Assembly: GCA_043797305.1 (NCBI GenBank)
Contig: JAZDPW010000012.1
Span: 1 to 56,418, forward strand
From: Candidatus Jorgensenbacteria bacterium
GTDB taxonomy: Bacteria > Patescibacteriota > Minisyncoccia > UBA6257 > GWB1-50-10
DNA: 56,418 nucleotides
Reading direction: 5' to 3'
Shown: piece after piece, positions 50,482-56,418 of the stretch
Numbering within the stretch: position 1 is the first letter of the stretch
Layout: every line of letters begins with the position of its first letter
Notes under the pieces: generated by a model
The model's input: only the letters and a program-made list of their open reading frames with translations
Told to the model about the DNA's origin: nothing
The model's database searches: none
Translations under genes and position numbers: made by a program

Positions 50482-53112
50482 ATGCCAAACTTCCATCGTT
50501 TCACAATCAAAGCTCAGGAAGCGCTCCAAAATGCTCAGGAGCTCATTTCGAAATACAATCACGGCGAACTCAAAGCCGTTCATCTTCTTTTTGCGCTTCT
50601 TGGCGATGACACCACCCTCGTCCGGCCGATGCTTATCCGGGCGAACGTCAATTTAGCTGAACTGGAAAAAGAACTGGAGAGCGAGCTTCAAAAATTGCCT
50701 AAAATTTTCAGCGCTTCCGGCAACGTAAGCCAGCTTTATCTTTCCCAGGAACTGATGCGGGTCCTGGATAAAGCTGCCGACATCGCGATGCGCCAGCGGG
50801 ACGAATTCGTCTCCTGCGAGCATTTGGTTCTCGCCTTGAACGAAGTGCCGTCGCTTGCCCGGGAAATTCTCGCCCGTTTCGGTGCGCGGCGCGACGTTCT
50901 CATCCGGACATTGGCCCAGCTTCGCGGTTCGGTGCGGGTGACCGACGAGACGCCCGAGAGCAAGTTCCAGGTGCTTGAGAAATACGCCGTAAATCTTACC
51001 AACAAAGCCAGAGAGGGAAAACTTGACCCGGTTGTCGGCCGCGAAGACGAACTGCGGAGAGTAACCCAGATTCTTTCGAGGCGCACCAAAAACAACCCCG
51101 TTTTGATAGGCGAACCCGGGGTCGGCAAAACCGCGATCGTGGAAGGCCTCGCTCAGCGAATCGTCTCCGGCGACATTCCGGAATCGTTGAAAGAAAAAGA
51201 AGTGATAATGCTTGACCTTGGGTCGCTTATTGCCGGCACCAAGTTCCGGGGGGAATTTGAAGACCGCTTAAAAGCGTTCTTGAAGGAAGTCCAGCAATCG
51301 GCCGGGCGGATAATCCTTTTTATTGACGAAATCCATATGATTGTCGGCGCCGGCGCGGCCGAAGGCGCGGTTGACGCTTCCAACCTTCTGAAGCCGGCTC
51401 TGGCAAGGGGCGAGCTCCACGCCGTGGGCGCTACCACTCTTAAGGAATATCAAAAACACATTGAGAAGGACCCGGCCCTGGAGCGTCGTTTCCAGCCCGT
51501 CATTGTTGAAGAACCGGGTATTGAAGACAGCGTGAATATCTTGAGGGGGCTCAAAGAAAAATATGAGATGCATCATGGTTTGAAAATTTCGGACGACGCC
51601 TTGGTTGCGGCGGTAAACTTGGGTGCTCGCTACATTACCGACAGATTTTTGCCTGACAAGGCCGTTGACTTGATTGATGAAGCGGCCGCCGCCCGGCGCC
51701 TTGAATCGGACAGTACCCCGATCCAGATTGAAAAGCTGCGCCGGGAAATTACCCGGCTCGAAATCGAGCAGTCCGCCCTTACTAAGGCCAAGTCCAAAAA
51801 GAATATTGAACGGATGAAGGAAGTGAACAATAAACTGAAAGTTTTGAAGGAGGAAAATGACGCGCTCTCCGCGGGCTGGCACGCCGAAAAAATCGCCGCT
51901 CAAGACCTTCATAATTTGAGAAAAACCGTCGATGACTTGCGGCATTTTGCCGAGATTGCCGAACGGGACGGCGACCTGGAGCGGGTAGCCGAAATAGTTT
52001 ACGGCGAACTTCCGAAAGCCGAGCGCGAATTAAAATCTCTTGAGAAAAAAAGTTTCAAAACCGAAGGCGGCAATTTCATTAAAGAATCGGTTGACGAAGA
52101 AGACATTGCAATGGTCGTTTCCCGCTGGACCGGCATTCCGATTTCCCGGATGCTCGAGTCGGAAATGAAAAAACTCGTCCGGATTGAGGAAGAATTGTCC
52201 CACCGGGTAGTCGGCCAGGAAGAAGCGATCTCCGCCGTTTCACGCGCTCTCCGTCGGTCGCGGGCGGGTCTGAGCGATGAAGACAAACCGGCCGGCTCTT
52301 TCATGTTTTTGGGACCGACCGGCGTGGGCAAGACCGAGCTGGCTCGGGCTCTAGCAAGCTTTATGTTTAACGACGAGAAAGCGCTGATACGCATCGACAT
52401 GTCGGAATATATGGAGCGCCACACCGTTTCGCGCCTTATTGGCTCGCCGCCGGGCTATGTCGGCCACGAGGAAGGGGGACAGCTTACCGAAATCATCCGC
52501 CATCGGCCTTATTCTTTGGTTCTTTTCGATGAGATTGAGAAAGCCCATCCGGAGGTTTTTAATATTCTTCTCCAGGTATTGGATAACGGGCGGCTCACCG
52601 ACAGCAAGGGCAAAACCGTCAATTTCAAAAACGCCGTCATAATTCTTACCTCGAACGTGGGCAGCGAGTACTTCCGGCAGATTTCCTCGCTCGGATTCAA
52701 AGCCGGCGGGGACGAGGACGAAATCTCCTCGGGAGAAGAGGAGTTCCGGGAAAAAGCGATGGATTCCCTCAAACGGACTTTCAAGCCGGAATTCCTGAAC
52801 CGATTGGACGAAATAGTGGTCTTTAGGGCGCTCACGCCCGCCGATATCAGGCAGATTGTCGATTTGGAACTGAAAGAGGTTGAGGAAAAACTTAAAGAGA
52901 GGGGAATAACCATAACCGTAGCGGCGAAGGTCAAAGAACATCTGGCTCGGGAGGGTTTCGACCCCGATTACGGGGCAAGGCCGCTGAAGCGCCTGATTCA
53001 GAAGACGATCGTTGACGGGCTTGCCGATAAAATAATAAAAGGCGAAGTTAATGACGGCTCGCGTGTTAAAGTTTCTATCAACCGAAAAGACGCTGTGGAA
53101 ATTACTGCTTAA
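50482..53112 (+). CDS. clpB: Chaperone ClpB
   Basis: Clp_N repeats, D1 ([16 protein letters not shown]), a long coiled-coil M-domain, and D2 ([25 protein letters not shown]). Confidence 0.9.
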   Translation: MPNFHRFTIKAQEALQNAQELISKYNHGELKAVHLLFALLGDDTTLVRPMLIRANVNLAELEKELESELQKLPKIFSASGNVSQLYLSQELMRVLDKAADIAMRQRDEFVSCEHLVLALNEVPSLAREILARFGARRDVLIRTLAQLRGSVRVTDETPESKFQVLEKYAVNLTNKAREGKLDPVVGREDELRRVTQILSRRTKNNPVLIGEPGVGKTAIVEGLAQRIVSGDIPESLKEKEVIMLDLGSLIAGTKFRGEFEDRLKAFLKEVQQSAGRIILFIDEIHMIVGAGAAEGAVDASNLLKPALARGELHAVGATTLKEYQKHIEKDPALERRFQPVIVEEPGIEDSVNILRGLKEKYEMHHGLKISDDALVAAVNLGARYITDRFLPDKAVDLIDEAAAARRLESDSTPIQIEKLRREITRLEIEQSALTKAKSKKNIERMKEVNNKLKVLKEENDALSAGWHAEKIAAQDLHNLRKTVDDLRHFAEIAERDGDLERVAEIVYGELPKAERELKSLEKKSFKTEGGNFIKESVDEEDIAMVVSRWTGIPISRMLESEMKKLVRIEEELSHRVVGQEEAISAVSRALRRSRAGLSDEDKPAGSFMFLGPTGVGKTELARALASFMFNDEKALIRIDMSEYMERHTVSRLIGSPPGYVGHEEGGQLTEIIRHRPYSLVLFDEIEKAHPEVFNILLQVLDNGRLTDSKGKTVNFKNAVIILTSNVGSEYFRQISSLGFKAGGDEDEISSGEEEFREKAMDSLKRTFKPEFLNRLDEIVVFRALTPADIRQIVDLELKEVEEKLKERGITITVAAKVKEHLAREGFDPDYGARPLKRLIQKTIVDGLADKIIKGEVNDGSRVKVSINRKDAVEITA

Positions 53113-53779
53113 GACCTTTTTAGGGTCGCTTGCGGTTTTCCTCGTCTATAATTCCGGTTTTAATCCCTTTTTGGTTATTGTCGCGGCGCTTGTTTTTGCC
53201 GTGATTTATTTCAGGGAAATTGAAGAAAAAGCGTTTTTCCGGACTTCTTTCTGGCTTTTGCCGATTCTCGCACTTGCGGCATCCGGCGTTATGGGTTCTG
53301 TAGGACCCATTGCCGTTTTCGCCGCCTTATTCTTCGTTCTTCTCGGGCTTATAAACCTCTTCTTTAAGGAGAGGTTTCTGGTTTACGGCATTTTTAATGC
53401 CGCCTTTCTCGTCGCTCTTTTGCTTTTCTTCTTTTATCTCGTCGGGCCGGGCAGCTTTTGGATTTTGGGAGCGGTAAGTCTTGTCACCGTGTTTTTGGTG
53501 TTAAAAGAAGCCTTTAACTTCCTGGGGCCTCTTTCGGGCCGGCGGGCGGTCATTTTTGCCGGAGTTCTCGCCTTTCTCGGCTTGGAGCTATCCTATATTT
53601 TGCAGTTTTTACCCCTGGGTTTTATAAATGCCGCCGTTTACCTTACTCTTTTCCTAGTTTTGGGGAGAGAAACAGTCGTCTCTTCCGTAAAGGGCAGTCT
53701 TAATTTCTCCCAAACGATGAAGCAAATAACCCTCTTTGTGGTTCTTTCAATCGTCGTTTTTGCCGTTTCATTCTCCTGA
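53051..53779 (+). CDS. Polytopic hypothetical membrane protein (start uncertain)
   Basis: 242-aa ORF with about 7 hydrophobic segments. The track start overlaps clpB by 62 nt, so the true start may be downstream. Confidence 0.45.
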   Translation: MTARVLKFLSTEKTLWKLLLKTFLGSLAVFLVYNSGFNPFLVIVAALVFAVIYFREIEEKAFFRTSFWLLPILALAASGVMGSVGPIAVFAALFFVLLGLINLFFKERFLVYGIFNAAFLVALLLFFFYLVGPGSFWILGAVSLVTVFLVLKEAFNFLGPLSGRRAVIFAGVLAFLGLELSYILQFLPLGFINAAVYLTLFLVLGRETVVSSVKGSLNFSQTMKQITLFVVLSIVVFAVSFS

Positions 53780-53913
53780 AAAGACGGGTAACGTCTTTAA
53801 GGCACGTTCGTTCTATTACTTGAAGGCAGGAAAAATTCCCCGAAGGGGCGCCTTAGGTGGACTTATCCACAACTTGCTTTTTAACAGTTGCCTGCCTAGT
53901 ATATAATGTATTC

Positions 53914-54075
53914 GTTAATCCCCCCTGGGCGCCGAAGGTGTCCCTCTGGGGAGGCTTAGAGTGAGGCTAAGCTAGTGTTAGACGGTGACTTATGACAATG
54001 ACGATGACAGTCGTTGTCATAGTTATGGTAATGGTCATTGTCAAACAACGCCTCGCTCTAAGAGCGAGTTTTTTG
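53914..54075 (+). ncRNA. Candidate small RNA or terminated leader upstream of the surface-protein gene
   Basis: TATAAT at 53902-53907. Hairpins include TGACAATGAC...GTCATTGTCA (53993-54043). Terminator CTCGCT-ctaag-AGCGAG plus TTTTTTG at 54052-54075. Confidence 0.3.
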
Positions 54076-54259
54076 TTTGACACCAACCCTATTTTCTGTA
54101 GTCTTCTGCCCGACGAATCCTCACTAAGTTCGGCAGGCGGTCGAAATTACAAGGAAATAGCGCCGAAAACAATAAAAGGTCGATGTAGTGCCTATTGGTC
54201 TTATAAGTCCTATAGGTCCTACAAAAAACTGAATAATAGTCGAAAAGAAAGAAATAAAA

Positions 54260-56418
54260 ATGAATAAATTAACGAAAAGAATTGCAACGATTGGTGTGGT
54301 TGGAGTAGTGGCCTTATCAATGATAGGTACCAGCGCTTCAGCCGCATTAACTCAAGCTCAGATTGATGCCATCGTAACTATGGTCCAGTCTTTTGGAGCT
54401 GATGCAACCACAGTCGCGAATGTTCGTGCCTCCCTTACGGGCGGTACAACTACGACCGGTGGCACCACTGTCGCCACTGCTTGTTCCTTTACTAAGGACC
54501 TCACCCTTGGTTCAACAGGCACTGACGTACAGTGTTTGCAGCAGTACCTGAACTCTGCGGGCTATTCGGTGGCTTCAACCGGCGTGGGTTCGGCTGGCAA
54601 CGAGAGCACCTACTTTGGTTCTCTCACCCAGACGGCTCTCGCCAAGTGGCAAGCCGCAATGAGCGTTAGCCCAGCAGCCGGCTACTTTGGCTCGATTTCA
54701 CGGGCCAAGTACGCTTCGGTTGCCGGAACAACGACTGGCGGCACCACGACGGTTCCCGGAGTTGTCGTTCCCGGAACCGGCTTGGCGGTTAGTGTTGCCT
54801 CTGGCAACCCGGCTGGGACTACAATCCCGAAGGGCGGCACAGGTATTACTTACCTCAAGTTCAACATTGCCGGAACTGGAACAGTCCAGACACTCGTCGT
54901 TAAACGGACCGGAGCCGGTGCGACCACCGACTTCTCGAGCGTCTATCTTTATGAAGGCGGAACCCGTTTGACTTCCGGTCGTTCGGTTAACTCTTCCAGC
55001 CACGAAGTGACTTTCACTTCCCTTGCCTTAGCGGTAAATGGAGTAAGAACATTCTCCGTGGTGGCAGATATGTCGGCTACGGCAGCGGCCGCTGACAGAA
55101 ATGCTCTCCAAATAAGTTCAATCGTAGCGGATAGCAGTGTCAGCGTTTCCGGCTTGCCGGTTTCCGGTAATGAAATGGCTGTCTCCGGTACGGCGGCTGG
55201 TTCCGTTACCTTAACGAAAAGCGGTTCGATTGCTAACCCGAATATCGGGCAGCTGGCTGCTCAGGTTTCCCAGTTCCGCATCACTGCGGCTACCGAGAAC
55301 GTGAATGTCAGCCGAATAGCGCTTTTTAGCGGTGGTACGATTTCCAAGTCCAATCTTTCAAACTTCGTTTTGAAAGAGTACGCGACTGGCAACACCTTGG
55401 CGACAGCTACGGGTGTAAACGCCAAAGACCTGGTGGTTTTTGAGCTCGCTACGCCTTACCAAATCTTGAAAGGCGAGAACAAAACTTTTAGTGTCTACGC
55501 GGACATCGGCGGTGGAGCCAAGGTAGACGACACCATCAAGCTCTACATTGACGAGACAACCGATGTTTTCGCGATTGGCCAGCAATACGGCCAGGGCGTT
55601 ACGGTTACGAGAACCGACTTCGATTCTACCGCGGCTGACCACCACGTCCTGACTCTTCAGGGTGCGACGGTCACCATCACTTTCAATGGCCCGAACACGG
55701 GTGATATCAGGAAGAACGGGAAAGACCTGTCTCTCTTTGATTTCAACTTCGCTTCGGCGAACAACATTGAAGTCCGGAACCTTCGTTTCACGATTACGGC
55801 TTCCACGACCGGTGCCGGTGTTGACGACTTGAAAGTCGTTGACGTCGACTCGGGTTTGGTTGTGGCCGGTCCGATGGACGACGCTTCCGGTGCTGAGGTA
55901 TTTACCGACGTCTTTAACATTAACGCCGGTCAGTCCCGTCACTTGAAGTTGACGGGCGACACGGACACCACTTACCTTAACAGTGAAACTATCTTGGCGC
56001 AGTTGACCGCTTTCGCGGCAAGCGACGTCAAGAACCTAGACAACAACCAGTTCTTGACTGTTGCGACCGAAATTTCGCCTGCGGGGACCGTCTCTGGTAA
56101 CACCCTGACGGTGCAAGCGCCGACTCTTAATGTTGGTCTGGCCGGTACTCCGGTTTCTGACGTCTTCATTAAGGGCACTACACTCGTTCCTTTCCTCGGC
56201 CTTAGCTTGCAGGCTATCGCCGATGATATTAAGGTGACGACGATTAAATTGACGTCATCGGGGTCCAGTTCCACTAACCCTGAGGATAAAGACGAACTGA
56301 CGGCCATCAAGCTTTACGATGGCACGACTCAGGTTGGCACGGTAAAATCGCTTACCGGTACGGCTGATGATTACAAGGCGACCTTCGACAACTTGACTCT
56401 TTTGATTCCGAAGGGCAC
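54260..56418 (+). CDS. Large secreted surface protein with a peptidoglycan-binding domain and repeated beta-rich modules (5' complete, runs off the window; absent from the ORF track)
   Basis: Own translation from ATG 54260 gives 719 codons with no stop up to the window end. Signal peptide MNKLTKRIATIGVVGVVALSMIGTSASA. PG_binding_1-like segment LGSTGTDVQCLQQYLNSAGY...FGSLTQTALAKWQ. Gly/Thr linkers, then about four modules of roughly 110 aa. Confidence 0.8.
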   Translation, partial: MNKLTKRIATIGVVGVVALSMIGTSASAALTQAQIDAIVTMVQSFGADATTVANVRASLTGGTTTTGGTTVATACSFTKDLTLGSTGTDVQCLQQYLNSAGYSVASTGVGSAGNESTYFGSLTQTALAKWQAAMSVSPAAGYFGSISRAKYASVAGTTTGGTTTVPGVVVPGTGLAVSVASGNPAGTTIPKGGTGITYLKFNIAGTGTVQTLVVKRTGAGATTDFSSVYLYEGGTRLTSGRSVNSSSHEVTFTSLALAVNGVRTFSVVADMSATAAAADRNALQISSIVADSSVSVSGLPVSGNEMAVSGTAAGSVTLTKSGSIANPNIGQLAAQVSQFRITAATENVNVSRIALFSGGTISKSNLSNFVLKEYATGNTLATATGVNAKDLVVFELATPYQILKGENKTFSVYADIGGGAKVDDTIKLYIDETTDVFAIGQQYGQGVTVTRTDFDSTAADHHVLTLQGATVTITFNGPNTGDIRKNGKDLSLFDFNFASANNIEVRNLRFTITASTTGAGVDDLKVVDVDSGLVVAGPMDDASGAEVFTDVFNINAGQSRHLKLTGDTDTTYLNSETILAQLTAFAASDVKNLDNNQFLTVATEISPAGTVSGNTLTVQAPTLNVGLAGTPVSDVFIKGTTLVPFLGLSLQAIADDIKVTTIKLTSSGSSSTNPEDKDELTAIKLYDGTTQVGTVKSLTGTADDYKATFDNLTLLIPKG

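Noticed and set aside
53992-54267. 91-aa ORF beginning MTMTMTVVVIVMVMVIV.
   Set aside because: The unusual peptide is a translation of the two arms of the TGACAATGAC…GTCATTGTCA hairpin followed by a terminator. It has no start context and runs across an intrinsic terminator.

Overview
This is a 56.4-kb, gene-dense housekeeping window with about 50 protein genes, 7 tRNAs and a tmRNA. I found no rRNA, CRISPR array, transposase or integrase. The gene content is DNA repair (fpg, ruvA, family-4 UDG, PolX, MGMT, Nudix), translation (argS, ileS, trpS, infC-rpmI-rplT, rpsT, smpB/ssrA, arfB), RNases J and Y, a beta-CASP nuclease, murB/murE, a PilB-type ATPase, ClpB and a ClpC-like ATPase, and a large peptidoglycan-binding surface protein. 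Most native genes lack a Shine-Dalgarno sequence. Together this fits a small-genome CPR/Patescibacteria-like bacterium, but that placement is an inference, not a database result. All protein calls rest on motif recognition by eye.

Observations most worth a second look:
1. A roughly 650-nt GC-rich region with no convincing ORF (35945-36592, minus strand). It has its own TTGACA-17-TACAAT promoter and an intrinsic terminator, so it is a candidate large structured ncRNA.
2. An apparently catalytically intact histidine-phosphatase (PGAM-like) domain of about 194 aa inserted inside IleRS (28158-28740).
3. A family of 129-134-nt elements with terminal inverted repeats (4 copies). They fill intergenic gaps, and in three copies the right repeat contains the downstream start codon.
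4. A second family of tandem double-hairpin elements built on CTCCGAC/GTCGGAG (3 copies). Two of them interrupt duplicated gene ends, at a tRNA-Arg locus carrying a GIY-YIG gene and at the 3' end of a Cys-rich 603-aa ORF.
5. Four short GC-rich islets whose ORFs carry strong GGAGG ribosome-binding sites, unlike the apparently leaderless native genes.
6. Two long perfect palindromes (42 and 38 bp). The first lies upstream of an AbrB-like ORF that is absent from the ORF track.
7. A 5' complete ORF of more than 719 codons that runs off the window end (54260-56418) and is also absent from the track.
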